64,000 nucleotides of DNA from Polyangiaceae bacterium (GTDB lineage: Bacteria; Myxococcota_A; Polyangia; Polyangiales; Polyangiaceae), in NCBI GenBank assembly GCA_965222375.1, contig CBDCTZ010000016.1, positions 3,040,001 to 3,104,000 of the forward strand, given 5' to 3'. Below the pieces are notes generated by a model. The model had not been told where the DNA came from. It saw nothing but the letters and a program-made list of their open reading frames with translations, and made no database searches. Made by a program: the position numbers and the translations under genes. Shown here one piece after another: positions 18,701-29,839 of the stretch. The first letter of the stretch is position 1. Every line of letters begins with the position of its first letter.

Positions 18701-19147
18701 ATCGGCAGCAGTGCTGCAGGCGGATCCGGGAGACGCCTGCAGTTGACATTTGTCAGGTTGGCCGAAGTTCCTGAAATGGAACGCAAGCGTCGGCGCCACT
18801 CGTCTCGTACGTGAGTGAACTCCGACCCGCCGGCGTCGCCCGCGCAGATCCAAGTGAATCAAGCGACTGCCACAAGGCCTACATGTCGACGGATGTCGAC
18901 CCTTGTCGCCAGATGTGCTCCGCCCGTTGGAAAACAATTGGATTTCGCCACCGCCGATTTCGCGTACATTCAACAGTGCGGAAAACTCCGCGCTGGGGCG
19001 ACAGATGAAGGGTGGAAGCGAAACTGGATGCAGCGTGTGGCGGCGCGGCTGCAGCTCGCGTTCGGAAGTGAAGGACGGCAGATGACCAAGCGGCAGATGG
19101 CATCAAGTGAAGCAATCAAGAAGCGCACGGCCGCACCGCACTGGGCA

Positions 19148-22100
19148 ATGCGTTGCAGCATCTTGCTGGGCGCCCTGCTCACAGCGGCATGCGGGCAGAA
19201 AGCAGAACGAAAAGCCGAATCGCGCCACACGCTCGGCCGCACTGCCGAGGCCGCGAGCGTCGCGCCCGACTGGCCCGCCGAGGCGCTCGTTGGCGTGCGC
19301 GGCATCCGCCTCGACAAGAACGCCGACGTCAGCGGCGATATCGCCGTCATCGATACCGGCGATAGTCCTGAGCTGGACGTCGACAAAGACAGCCGCATCG
19401 ACGGTAGCGTGCGCGCCAACCGCATTCGCCTGGACAAGGACACCGTCGTGACCGGCGACGGCGCGTTCAACACATTGAGCGGCAGCGGCACCGTGCAGGG
19501 AACCACCACCACGCCCCTCACACTTCCGTTGGCGATCACAATCCCGACCATCGGCGCCATCACGCCCGGCACGACCGACGTCACCGTTGCCAGCGGCGCC
19601 ACGCAAACTCTCGCCCCCGGCGCCTACGACGAAGTCACGCTAACCAAGGACGCCACCTTGCGCTTGGACGGCGGAAGCTACGCGCTGCGCAGCCTCGACG
19701 CAGCCAAGGACGCCCGGATCGAATGCGCCACCGCCTGCGATCTGCGGATCTTGGAAACCCTGGAACTAGCCAAAAATGCCTACCTGGGACCCAGCGAGGG
19801 CGCGAGCATTGGCTCCGAGGCTGTCGACGTGCGCGTCGCCGGTGGAAGCAATTGCACCCAAGTCGCCGTCGACATCGACAAGGACGCGACGCTGCGCGCC
19901 CGTATCGCAGCCCCTGACGGAAAGCTGCACATCGACAAGAACCTCGACGCCCGCGGCATCCTGATCGCCTGCCGCATCGTCCTGAAGAAGGACGCCAAGA
20001 TCGTCAAGGACGCCACCGACCTGTGCGAAGGCGTCAACATCGACGACGGGAACCCGTGCACCACGGACGCCTGCGATCCAGCGACGGGCGTAGTGACCCA
20101 CACACCGCGGCCAAGCGGATCGAGTTGCAGCGACGGCGACGTCTGCAATGGCGACGAGCTCTGCAACGCCTCCGCAGTGTGCCAGCCCGGCACGCCACCC
20201 ACCATCGACGACGGGAATCCGTGCACGACCGACGCGTGTGACCCGGTCGCGGGCGTGACGCACACGCCGCTGCCAAGCGGTACCGCGTGCCCCAATGGCG
20301 ACGTTTGTGATGGCGATGAGGCTTGCGACGCCTCAGCGGTGTGCCAACCCGGGACGCCGCCCACGATCGACGATGGCAACTCATGCACGGCGGATGCCTG
20401 CGATCCCATCACCGGCGTGACCCACACGCCGCTGCCAAGCGGTTCAAGTTGCGCCAACGCCGACCTCTGTGACGGTGTGGAGCTATGCGACGGCGCCGGG
20501 ACATGCCAACCGGGTACGCCTCCGACGATTGATGACGGCAACCCGTGCACGGCCGATGCCTGCGACCCAGTGGCGGGCGTGACCCACACGCCGCTGCCGA
20601 GCGGGACTGCCTGCACTGACGCAAATGTATGCAACGGTGTGGAAACCTGCGACAGCGCCGGCGTTTGCCAACCGGGCACGCCGCCCACCGTCGACGACGG
20701 CAATGCCTGCACGGTGGACGCCTGCGACCCAGTGACCGGAGTGAGCCACACACCTGTGCCAAGCGGCACGAGTTGCGCCAACTCCGACCTCTGCGATGGC
20801 AACGAGCTGTGCGATTCAGCAGGTGTGTGCCAGCCCGGTACGCCACCCGTCATCGACGACGGCAATCCGTGCACAGCCGACGCGTGCGATCCAGTGACCG
20901 GAGTGAGCCACACGCCTGTGCCAAGCGGCACGAGCTGCAGCAATGGCGATGTGTGTGATGGTCTGGAAACCTGCGACGGCGCGGGCCTCTGCCAACCGGG
21001 CACGCCACTGAGCTGCGACGACAGCAACGTGTGCACCGCGGATGCGTGCAATCCCGCATCCGGTTGCGACTTCGTGCCCGTCTCAGCCGGCTCCAGCTGT
21101 GCCGACGCGGATCTGTGTAACGGAGAGGAGCTGTGTGACGGTGTAGGCACCTGCAGCCCCGGGACGCCCTTGCCCATCGACGACGGGAACCCCTGCACCG
21201 CGGACGCCTGCGACCCAGTGCTCGGCGTGACGCACACGCCGGTGCCGAGCGGTACGGCGTGCCCCAATGGCGATTTGTGCGATGGCGACGAGCTCTGCGA
21301 CGCCTCCACGGTCTGCCAGCCAGGCACGCCACCGACCATCGACGACGGCAATCCGTGCACTGCGGATGCCTGCGATCCCATCTTGGGCGTTACGCATACG
21401 CCGGTGCCGAGTGGGACCAGCTGCGCCGATTCTGACGTTTGCAACGGAAATGAGCTCTGCGACGGATTGGGCACGTGCCAAGCGGGGACGCCGTTGACCT
21501 GCGACGACGCCAACCTGTGCACCACGGACGCGTGCAATCCCGCTTCCGGTTGCGACTTCGTGCCCGTGGCGGCGGGCAGCTCGTGTGGCAACGGCGACGC
21601 CTGCGATGGAGACGAGCTCTGTGACGGAGCCGGGACATGTGACCCCGGCACGCCGCTCGTCTGCGACGACATGAATCCCTGCACCATGAATTCCTGCGCG
21701 GCGGCGACAGGCTGCGAATCCAGCTTCGTGCCCGCCGGCGTCAGCTGTGGGCCCAATCAAACCTGTGACGGCGCTGGGACCTGCGAGTCTGAGCTACCCC
21801 CGGATCCGAGCCTGGTCGCGCCGCCGCTGGATCGCACAGTCGCCACATCGCTCTTCGACCAGACGACGTTTCTGTACGACGGAGCCAATCCGATCCAAAC
21901 GGGCGTCGCCCCCGGCACCATCTCCCCAGAGCGCGTGAGCGTGCTCAAGGGTCGAGTGCTCACGGTGACCGGCGCGCCGTTGCCCGGCGCGACTGTCACC
22001 GTCGTCGGCCGCCCAGAATTCGGCAGCACGCTGAGCCGAGTCGACGGCCAGTACGACATCGTGGTCAACGGCGGACAGCCCATTTCGCTGAGCTTCACCG

Positions 22101-25100
22101 CCACCGGCTACCTGGAAGCGCAGCGCACGGTCACTCCCGAGTGGCAGCGGTTTACGTTTGTGCCGGATGTATCGCTGATCACGCTCGACCCAGCGGTCAC
22201 GAGTGTGACGATGGGTAGCAGCAGCCTGCAAGTCGTTAGCGGCTCCACCAGCAGCGACGCCGATGGCGTGCGCCGAGCGCGCCTGTGCATCCCCGCCGGC
22301 ACGACAGCCTCTCTGGTCATGCCTGACGGCACCACCACCCCCGCTCCGTCCCTCTCGGTGCGCATCACGGAGTACACGGTGGGGCCCTACGGTCCGATGG
22401 CCATGCCGGCGGAGCTGCCAACGAATCTCGGCTATACGTACGCGGTCGAGCTCAGCGCGGATGAGGCGGTGGCTGCGGGTGCAACGAGCGTGGTCTTCAG
22501 TCAGCCGACGTTCCTGTACGTGGAAAACTTCCTCGACTTCCCAGTGGGCACCATCGTGCCCGTTGGTTTCTATGACCGTGGCGATGCTTGTTGGAAGCCC
22601 TCCGACAACGGTCGCGTTATCGAGGTGCTCGGCGTCACCGGCGGTGTGGCCGATGTCGATGTCGATGGCTCGGGAACACCCGCGAACGCCGCAACGCTTG
22701 CAGCAATTGGCCTCACCGCCGAAGAGCTCACGAAGATAGCGCAGACCTATGCGGTCGGGGAGTCGTTCTGGCGCTCGCCGATCCCGCACTTTACACCGTT
22801 TGACTGCAATCTGGGGCTCGTACCCGACTACGGCGATGACGGAAGCGGCGGCACGGGTGGCAGTGGGGGCTCGGGAGGCACTGGTGGCACCAGCGGCTCC
22901 GGCGGTTCCGGTAACAGCAGCGGCTTTGGTCCAAAGTGCACGAACGATTGTCCGGACGACGGAGACAGTGACAAGGACGACCCGTGTGAGCGAACGGGCT
23001 CTGTCGTCGAGTGTCAGAACCAGTCTTTTGGCGAGATCTTGCCCGTCGCCGGCACGGACTTCTCCTTGGTCTACACGAGCACGAGAGCTTTTGGCCGACT
23101 ATCGCACAGGACGATGGCTGTCCCACTTACCGGAGCCGCAATCAAGAGCAAGCTGCGACGACTGGAAGTAGAGGTGAGTGTGGCAGGCAAGATCTTCAGG
23201 ACGAGCGAGGGACCCGCTGCCAATCTCACCTTGCCCTTCACGTGGGATGGCAACGACGCCTATGGGCGCAAGGTGCAAGGTGGGCAGCTGGCCGTGGCGC
23301 GGGTTGGCGAGGTGTACGACGCGAAGTATGTTGGGCCAGCCAAAGCCGGACAAGCCTTCTCGCAGTACAATGATAGCGAGGCTCTCTCGCTCAGTGACTC
23401 CCGCCGCGAGTTTACGGCTTGGCGCACCGTCAAGATGCGCAATCTAGGGCTTTGGGACGAAAGCGGCAGAGGCCTGGCCGGCATGAGCCTGGATGTGCAT
23501 CACGCCTACGATCCCATCGGGCAGATTCTGTACCTGGGAAGTGGCCGACAACGGAGTAGCGACAGCTTGGTTGCTGCAGCCAGCGCGCTAACGCGCATAG
23601 GTGGCAGTTCTTCCCCCGGCGGCTCGGGCGACGGGGGCCCAGCTAGCCTGGCCCTCATTCGGCCGGAGGCCGTTGCTCAGGGACCGGATGGGTCGATCTA
23701 CGCGAGCGATCGCAGCGGTACATCTGAGGCGCGTGTTGTCCGACGCATCGGCCCTGACGGCACCATCACCCGTTTCGCGGGGAATCCGTTCGTGCCCGGG
23801 TTTTCTGGTGACGGGGGATTGGCGGCAGCCGCGACGTTTAGAGATGTCGACGACATCGCTGTCGGACGAGACGGATCCGTCTACGTGCTTGACGGAGGTG
23901 CGACGCCGACGCCGCGTGTGCGTCGCATCGCGCCAGATGGGATCATCAACACGATAGCGGGCGGAACGTCTGGGTTTGCGGGTGACGAGGGACCTGCAGT
24001 CTCTGCCGCCTTTCAGAGCCCGCGCTCCATCACCGCTGGCAAAGATTGCAATCTGTTCATTGCCGACAACGGCAACCGCCGCGTCCGCATGATTGACTCT
24101 TCCGGGGTGATCCACACCGTGGCCAGCGAGCCTGCCGGGCTGCCGTTGCCGTGGCTTCCAACTTCGGTTGCCGTTGGCCCGGATGGATCCGTGTACATCG
24201 GAACGTTCTTCTATGAGGTATTTCGCCTCGACCCTTCAGGCCAACTACTTCCGTTTGCCGGAACCGGAACGAACGGATTCTCTGGCGATGGAGGACCCGC
24301 GCTGGACGCGACCTTGGGCAACGTTCAGGACGTCGCCGTTTCGCCTGCCGGAATAGTCTACATCAGTGGAAGCGGACGAGTTCGACAGGTGGATCAGTTC
24401 GGGCTGATCTCGACCGTGGCGGGCACCGGTAGTGTCTCGAGCCTGACACCGTTTGTGCCCGACACCCCCGCGACGGGAACTGCCCTGGTCGCAACGGGAC
24501 TTGAAGTGGCGAAGGACGGCGGTCTTCTCGTCGCCGACGTGACCCATCGGGTCCTCGCCAGTGTGCGGCCGCCGTTGCCGAAGTTCAGTGCAGGCGCGAG
24601 CATCGCAGTCGCGTCCGAGGACGGCAGCGAGCTATACGCATTCGACGGCCGTGGCAAGCACCTGGCGACCTTCAACGCGGCCACTGCCGCCATGCGCTAT
24701 CAATTCGCCTACGATTCCAATGGCCTGCTCAGCCAGGTTCGCGACGGCGACAACAACGTCACGACAATCCAACGCGACGCCAGCGGCACGCCTCAAGCCA
24801 TCATCGGCCCGTATGGTCAAGTAACGAGTCTGACGCTGGACGCCGATGGCTACGCCGCAACCGTGACCACCCCTGCTTCCGAGCTGCATCAGCTCACATT
24901 CACGAGTGACGGTTTGCTGCAGAGCTACATCAACCCCCGCAATCAGCTCAAGGTGCTGAGTTATGGGCCGTTGGGACGCCTCGCCGGCTTCATCGATCAA
25001 GCAACAGGCAACCGGACGTACGATCGCACCCAAGCCACGAGCGACTTCTCGGTGCTGGAAACCACGCCGCTCGGGCGCCAGACGACCTTCGCCTACACGA

Positions 25101-27604
25101 GCCTGCCCACCGGAGACGAGCAATACACAAACACCTTCCCGGATGGTACCCAAAGCACCCAATTCATCGGAAGCGACCGGACGCTCACCACCACACTGCC
25201 TGATGGCATGGTCATCACGACCACAGAAGCTCCGGATCCCCGTTTCGGCTTCACGGCCAAGATACGCTCGACCGAAGCCCGCACCCCATCTGGACTCGTG
25301 CGCACCGAAGCGACCAACCGAAGCGTCACGCTGAGCGATCCTCTGGACCCCCTGAGTCTTCTGACACAGTCCGACACCACAAGCATCAACGGCCGAACAA
25401 TTACGAGCGTCTTCGACCGCGCCACCTTGACCACCACCACGACGAGCCCCGCCGGCCGCCAGGTGATCACGATCCAAGATGACCAAGGCCGCACCACCCG
25501 CCGCGACGTACCGGGCATCCTCCCCGTGGACTTCGCCTATGATTTCCGGGGACGCCTGTCCACCATCACCCAGGGCACGCGCGTCCGCACGACCAACTAC
25601 TTCTCTACCAGCGACGATAAGAACGGCTACGCCCAGTCGGTCACGGACGCGTTGACCCAGACGACAAGCTTCACCCCCGACGCCATCGGCCGGGTGCTCC
25701 AACAGCTCGATCCCGACGGCGCCATCACCAGCTTCGCTTGGGACGGCAACGGAAACCTGACCTCGGTGACCCCACCCGGCCAACCCGCCCACGGCCAAAC
25801 CTTCACGCCGGTGGACCTGCTAGGCAGCTACGATCCGCCAGTCGTGCCTGGGGTGACAACTCCGAGTACACTGTTCGGGTACGACCTGGACCGCATGCTC
25901 ACGCAAACCACGAGACCCGATGGCCTCATCATCGGACGCACCTATGACACAGCGGGCAAGCTCGACTTCATGACGACGCCCTCGGGCATCGTGGACTACA
26001 CATACTTCGGGCTGACGCCATGTCCGGGATGTGCGCCGGGACGGCTTGCGAGCATTACTGACCCGAGCGGAGTCATCTTGAGCCATGCCTACGATGGGCA
26101 GCTCATGTCCTCGATGAGCTGGAGTGGGCCGTTCAACGGAAGTGTGGCGTTCGGGTACGACAATTCGTTCCGCACCATCTCCGAAACCGTCACCGTGGGG
26201 GCAACCACGTCGCCCGCCTTCTTCGGGTACGACCCGGATGACATCGTCATCTGCGCGTCGCAGGCGAGCTGCGCGCCGCCGAGCGCTGATTCGCTCGCCG
26301 TCACCCTCGATCCCCAGAATGGCCGCATCACCGGCAGCGCGATGGGCCTGGTCAGCGACACCTGGACCTACAACGCCTATGGCGAGATGGCTTCGTACGT
26401 GGCCGACACTGGCGGCACGACGCTCTTCTCGGAGGTGGTCGACACCGCCTCCGACCCCCGCGACCAACTCGGCCGCATCGTCACTCGCGTCGAGGAAAAC
26501 GGCGCAGCGCCTATTACGTGGGATTACACCTATGACTTGCGGGGCAGGCTCACGGATGTGTTCCGAAACGGGACGCTGTTCGAGCATTACGGATATGATT
26601 CCAACGGGAACCGCACGCTGCTTCAGACGAGTTCGTCGTCGATTGTTGGCACCTATGACGCGCAGGATCGGTTGCTCACGTATGGGACGCTCTCGTACAC
26701 GTACACGGCCAACGGCGAGCTGGGCTCGAAGACCGACTCCGCCACGAGCGAGACGACGACCTACACCTATGATGTCCGCGGGAACCTCACCCGCGTCGAC
26801 CTTGCCGGTGGGGACGTCATCGAGTACCTCGTTGACGGCGAAGACCGGCGCGTGGGCAAGAAGCGCAACGGCGTGCTCGAGAAAGCGTGGCTCTATCGCG
26901 ATGGGCTCAATCCGGTGGCGGAGCTGGATGGCGCGGGCGCCCTTGTCTCGCGATTCGTCTACGCGTCGAAGCCCAATGTGCCTGACTTCATGGTGCGCGC
27001 GGGCGTCACCTATCGCATCTTGAGCGACCACCTCGGCTCACCGCGCGCGATTGTTGACGTCGCGAGTGGTGCCACCGTGTGGCGTGCCGACTATGATGCT
27101 TGGGGCAACCGCACCGTGCTCACGGGCGCAGCGGATTTCACTCCGTTTGGCTTTGCGGGCGGACTGCACGACGCAGGCACCGGGCTCGTGCGCTTTGGGG
27201 CGCGAGACTACGATCCCATGATGGGGAGGTGGACAGCAAAAGACCCGCTGATCTGGGGCGGTTCGTCTAGTGGACTGTATGTGTACTCGCAGAACGATCC
27301 GATCAATTGGGCAGATCAAGGCGGAACGGTCCCTTGCCCCGCAAAACGCGACCTGGGCCACGCCTGGAGTGCAGCCTGCTTTACCGCGTGCCTTGTAAGC
27401 ATTGAGATCCCGCCACTGGCGGCGGCCTGCGTGGCTGCATGTGCGGTTGCGACTGCTGAACTGGCACGCCAGTACGACAAGTGCGTACAAGACGAGTGTA
27501 CGAAGCCGAATGCGCCTGTCTACTGCTGTCTGGAGTTCCCGCAGTTTTGCAAGGAAGAGCGTAACTCATGCCTGCCGCCGTCAGAGGAATCGAAGTCGGG
27601 GTGA
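19148..27604 (+). CDS. teneurin-like Rhs/YD-repeat protein (lipoprotein signal, beta-solenoid, Cys-rich repeats, NHL, YD shell, Rhs core, short C-terminal module)
   Basis: LLTAAC lipobox; GFSGDGG NHL repeats; YD repeats; SDHLGSPR, GLVRFGARDYDP..GRWTAKDP, YVYSQNDPINWAD; ORF is open from 18815, start inferred from the signal peptide. Confidence 0.9.
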   Translation: MRCSILLGALLTAACGQKAERKAESRHTLGRTAEAASVAPDWPAEALVGVRGIRLDKNADVSGDIAVIDTGDSPELDVDKDSRIDGSVRANRIRLDKDTVVTGDGAFNTLSGSGTVQGTTTTPLTLPLAITIPTIGAITPGTTDVTVASGATQTLAPGAYDEVTLTKDATLRLDGGSYALRSLDAAKDARIECATACDLRILETLELAKNAYLGPSEGASIGSEAVDVRVAGGSNCTQVAVDIDKDATLRARIAAPDGKLHIDKNLDARGILIACRIVLKKDAKIVKDATDLCEGVNIDDGNPCTTDACDPATGVVTHTPRPSGSSCSDGDVCNGDELCNASAVCQPGTPPTIDDGNPCTTDACDPVAGVTHTPLPSGTACPNGDVCDGDEACDASAVCQPGTPPTIDDGNSCTADACDPITGVTHTPLPSGSSCANADLCDGVELCDGAGTCQPGTPPTIDDGNPCTADACDPVAGVTHTPLPSGTACTDANVCNGVETCDSAGVCQPGTPPTVDDGNACTVDACDPVTGVSHTPVPSGTSCANSDLCDGNELCDSAGVCQPGTPPVIDDGNPCTADACDPVTGVSHTPVPSGTSCSNGDVCDGLETCDGAGLCQPGTPLSCDDSNVCTADACNPASGCDFVPVSAGSSCADADLCNGEELCDGVGTCSPGTPLPIDDGNPCTADACDPVLGVTHTPVPSGTACPNGDLCDGDELCDASTVCQPGTPPTIDDGNPCTADACDPILGVTHTPVPSGTSCADSDVCNGNELCDGLGTCQAGTPLTCDDANLCTTDACNPASGCDFVPVAAGSSCGNGDACDGDELCDGAGTCDPGTPLVCDDMNPCTMNSCAAATGCESSFVPAGVSCGPNQTCDGAGTCESELPPDPSLVAPPLDRTVATSLFDQTTFLYDGANPIQTGVAPGTISPERVSVLKGRVLTVTGAPLPGATVTVVGRPEFGSTLSRVDGQYDIVVNGGQPISLSFTATGYLEAQRTVTPEWQRFTFVPDVSLITLDPAVTSVTMGSSSLQVVSGSTSSDADGVRRARLCIPAGTTASLVMPDGTTTPAPSLSVRITEYTVGPYGPMAMPAELPTNLGYTYAVELSADEAVAAGATSVVFSQPTFLYVENFLDFPVGTIVPVGFYDRGDACWKPSDNGRVIEVLGVTGGVADVDVDGSGTPANAATLAAIGLTAEELTKIAQTYAVGESFWRSPIPHFTPFDCNLGLVPDYGDDGSGGTGGSGGSGGTGGTSGSGGSGNSSGFGPKCTNDCPDDGDSDKDDPCERTGSVVECQNQSFGEILPVAGTDFSLVYTSTRAFGRLSHRTMAVPLTGAAIKSKLRRLEVEVSVAGKIFRTSEGPAANLTLPFTWDGNDAYGRKVQGGQLAVARVGEVYDAKYVGPAKAGQAFSQYNDSEALSLSDSRREFTAWRTVKMRNLGLWDESGRGLAGMSLDVHHAYDPIGQILYLGSGRQRSSDSLVAAASALTRIGGSSSPGGSGDGGPASLALIRPEAVAQGPDGSIYASDRSGTSEARVVRRIGPDGTITRFAGNPFVPGFSGDGGLAAAATFRDVDDIAVGRDGSVYVLDGGATPTPRVRRIAPDGIINTIAGGTSGFAGDEGPAVSAAFQSPRSITAGKDCNLFIADNGNRRVRMIDSSGVIHTVASEPAGLPLPWLPTSVAVGPDGSVYIGTFFYEVFRLDPSGQLLPFAGTGTNGFSGDGGPALDATLGNVQDVAVSPAGIVYISGSGRVRQVDQFGLISTVAGTGSVSSLTPFVPDTPATGTALVATGLEVAKDGGLLVADVTHRVLASVRPPLPKFSAGASIAVASEDGSELYAFDGRGKHLATFNAATAAMRYQFAYDSNGLLSQVRDGDNNVTTIQRDASGTPQAIIGPYGQVTSLTLDADGYAATVTTPASELHQLTFTSDGLLQSYINPRNQLKVLSYGPLGRLAGFIDQATGNRTYDRTQATSDFSVLETTPLGRQTTFAYTSLPTGDEQYTNTFPDGTQSTQFIGSDRTLTTTLPDGMVITTTEAPDPRFGFTAKIRSTEARTPSGLVRTEATNRSVTLSDPLDPLSLLTQSDTTSINGRTITSVFDRATLTTTTTSPAGRQVITIQDDQGRTTRRDVPGILPVDFAYDFRGRLSTITQGTRVRTTNYFSTSDDKNGYAQSVTDALTQTTSFTPDAIGRVLQQLDPDGAITSFAWDGNGNLTSVTPPGQPAHGQTFTPVDLLGSYDPPVVPGVTTPSTLFGYDLDRMLTQTTRPDGLIIGRTYDTAGKLDFMTTPSGIVDYTYFGLTPCPGCAPGRLASITDPSGVILSHAYDGQLMSSMSWSGPFNGSVAFGYDNSFRTISETVTVGATTSPAFFGYDPDDIVICASQASCAPPSADSLAVTLDPQNGRITGSAMGLVSDTWTYNAYGEMASYVADTGGTTLFSEVVDTASDPRDQLGRIVTRVEENGAAPITWDYTYDLRGRLTDVFRNGTLFEHYGYDSNGNRTLLQTSSSSIVGTYDAQDRLLTYGTLSYTYTANGELGSKTDSATSETTTYTYDVRGNLTRVDLAGGDVIEYLVDGEDRRVGKKRNGVLEKAWLYRDGLNPVAELDGAGALVSRFVYASKPNVPDFMVRAGVTYRILSDHLGSPRAIVDVASGATVWRADYDAWGNRTVLTGAADFTPFGFAGGLHDAGTGLVRFGARDYDPMMGRWTAKDPLIWGGSSSGLYVYSQNDPINWADQGGTVPCPAKRDLGHAWSAACFTACLVSIEIPPLAAACVAACAVATAELARQYDKCVQDECTKPNAPVYCCLEFPQFCKEERNSCLPPSEESKSG
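20039..21790 (+). repeat. 11 coding Cys-rich repeats of ~54 aa (162 nt), DDGNPCT-DACDP type
   Basis: Counted in the translation; resembles Dictyostelium CTDC-type repeats. Confidence 0.9.
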
Positions 27605-27606
27605 AG

Positions 27607-28143
27607 ATGCGCAGCGAACGGCAGCGGTGGATGCTGATCAGTTCCGCAATGTTGACAGCGCTAGGCGGGTCCTGGGCTAGTCATACGGCGGCCTTTCCGC
27701 ATGCGGTTGCATTGGCATCCGGCACGCTGAGCGCCCTCGTAGGGTTCGGCCTTTGCGAGCGTGGCGCTCGATCAATGTCCGCTGCGCGTTATCGTCAGAT
27801 TCTGACGCTTCTCGTTCTTGCCACGTTGGCAGCGGTCACGCTTCGAGTCTTGGTCGGCGACGCCCAGACGTGGATCGCGTTCGTGCATAGCGGCCTGGTT
27901 GGATCCAGTGTCGGAATGCTGGTTGCTTTGGTGATTCGCTGGCGGCGTCTGATGCCATCGGACACCGCAACGTCATCAGATCGTTCCGCGTACATGCTCA
28001 TGTTTCTGGGCGGTCTGATTGGTGCAGCCTGGATCGTCACACTTCATTTGGGCTCTCCCACACTATTCTATCTGATCGCGGCAGCGTTGACGGTTTTTGC
28101 CGCCGCCTCGTACTATGCCCGTCGTACGGACCCGTCCAAGTGA
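27607..28143 (+). CDS. multi-pass membrane protein, candidate immunity protein
   Basis: Starts 2 nt after the rhs stop; about 6 hydrophobic segments. Confidence 0.65.
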   Translation: MRSERQRWMLISSAMLTALGGSWASHTAAFPHAVALASGTLSALVGFGLCERGARSMSAARYRQILTLLVLATLAAVTLRVLVGDAQTWIAFVHSGLVGSSVGMLVALVIRWRRLMPSDTATSSDRSAYMLMFLGGLIGAAWIVTLHLGSPTLFYLIAAALTVFAAASYYARRTDPSK

Positions 28144-28543
28144 CGGCGTCCCAGTCCAGCGACATTCGTCCTCGAAAACAACGAAAAATGACCTCCGTAC
28201 TCCGCAAAAAGTCATCGCAAGGCATCGAATGAGTGACTTGGCCAATCGGAACACGTACTGCGACGCACACAGCAGCGCGGTTGTTTCATGCACGCACCAG
28301 CGCCCAGGCACCGCCCAAAGCATCGCGGTCGCCAGCCAGCACGACAACGCGCCGCCAAGGTCCCTCCCTGCCACGCGCAGCGGCGCCTGCCGCGCGGCGC
28401 AGAGAGTTCATCAAGTCGCACTCGCGCGCGCAGGCGCCGCGAGCATGGCTTTGGGAAGGGACCGCGGAGGCGCCGCGACTCATCGCACTCTGCTATCATT
28501 CATCGCACAATGATTCGCGGCGCCGACGCGAGGGTGGGCAACA

Positions 28544-29839
28544 AAACCACGAGACCCGATGGCCTCATCATCGGACGCGCGTATGACACAGCGGGCAAGC
28601 TCGACTTCATGACGACGCCGAGCGGCATCGTGGACTACACCTACTTCGGGCTGACGCCTTGTCCGGGGTGTGCGCCAGGGCGGCTTGCGAGCATTACTGA
28701 CCCGAGCGGAGTCATCTTGAGCCATGCCTACGATGGGCAGCTCATGTCCTCGATGAGCTGGAGTGGGCCGTTCAACGGAAGTGTGGCGTTCGGGTACGAC
28801 AACTCGTTCCGCACGATTTCCGAGACGGTGACCGTTGGGGCGACCACAAGCCCAGCGTTCTTTGGCTATGACCCGGATGACATCGTCATCTGCGCGTCGC
28901 AGACGAGCTGCGCGCCGCCGAGCGCTGATTCGCTCGCCGTCACCCTCGATCCCCAGAATGGCCGCATCACCGGCAGCGCCATGGGCCTGGTCAGCGACAC
29001 TTGGACCTACAACGCCTACGGCGAGATGGCTTCGTACGTGGCCGACACTGGCGGCACGACGCTCTTCTCGGAGGTGGTCGACACCGCCTCCGACCCCCGC
29101 GACCAACTCGGCCGCATCGTCACTCGCGTCGAGGAAAACGGCGGAGCGCCGATCACTTGGGACTACACCTATGACTTGCGCGGCAGGCTCACGGACGTCT
29201 TCAAGAATGGGGCGCTCTTCGAGCACTACGGATATGATTCCAACGGGAATCGCACGCTGTTGCAGACGAGTTCGTCGTCGATTGTTGGCACCTACGACGC
29301 GCAGGACCGGTTGCTAAGCTACGGGACGCTCTCTTACACGTACACCGCCAATGGCGAGCTGAGCTCGAAGACGGATTCCGCTACGAGCGAGGCGACGCTC
29401 TATCAATATGATGTGCGAGGCAACCTCACTCGCGTCGACCTTCCCAGCGGCGACGTCATCGAGTACCTCGTCGATGGCGGAGACCGCCGCGTCGGCAAGA
29501 AACGCAACGGCACACTCGAAAAGGCGTGGCTGTATCGGGATGGGCTCAATCCGGTGGCGGAATTGGACGGCGCGGGCGCCTTGGTCAGCAGATTTGTCTA
29601 CGCTTCGAAATCCAACGTACCCGACTTTATGGTGCGAGGCGGAACAACGTATCGCATCTTCAGTGACCATCTCGGCTCACCAAGGGCGATTGTCGACGTC
29701 GCAACAGGCACCACCGCGTGGCGCGCGGACTATGACGCTTGGGGGAATCGCGCAGTGCTCATGGGCACAGCGGACTTTGTGCCCTTCGGCTTTGCCGGCG
29801 GGCTACACGATGCAGACACGGGGCTCGTGCGCTTTGGGG
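28544..29839 (+). pseudogene. orphan Rhs core fragment, truncated at both ends
   Basis: Colinear 1296 bp homolog of 25905-27200; breaks at GLVRFG before ARDYDP. Confidence 0.9.

Noticed and set aside
18744..18755. TGACA-TT-TGTCA palindrome upstream of the rhs gene
   Set aside because: Too short and single-copy to support a regulatory call.
18815..19147. N-terminal 111 aa of the 2929 aa ORF
   Set aside because: Precedes a clear lipoprotein signal; most likely untranslated open frame.
19780..21756. 658 aa minus-strand repetitive ORF, and a possible CRISPR-like periodicity
   Set aside because: Antisense shadow of the 162-nt coding Cys repeats; no repeat-spacer structure.
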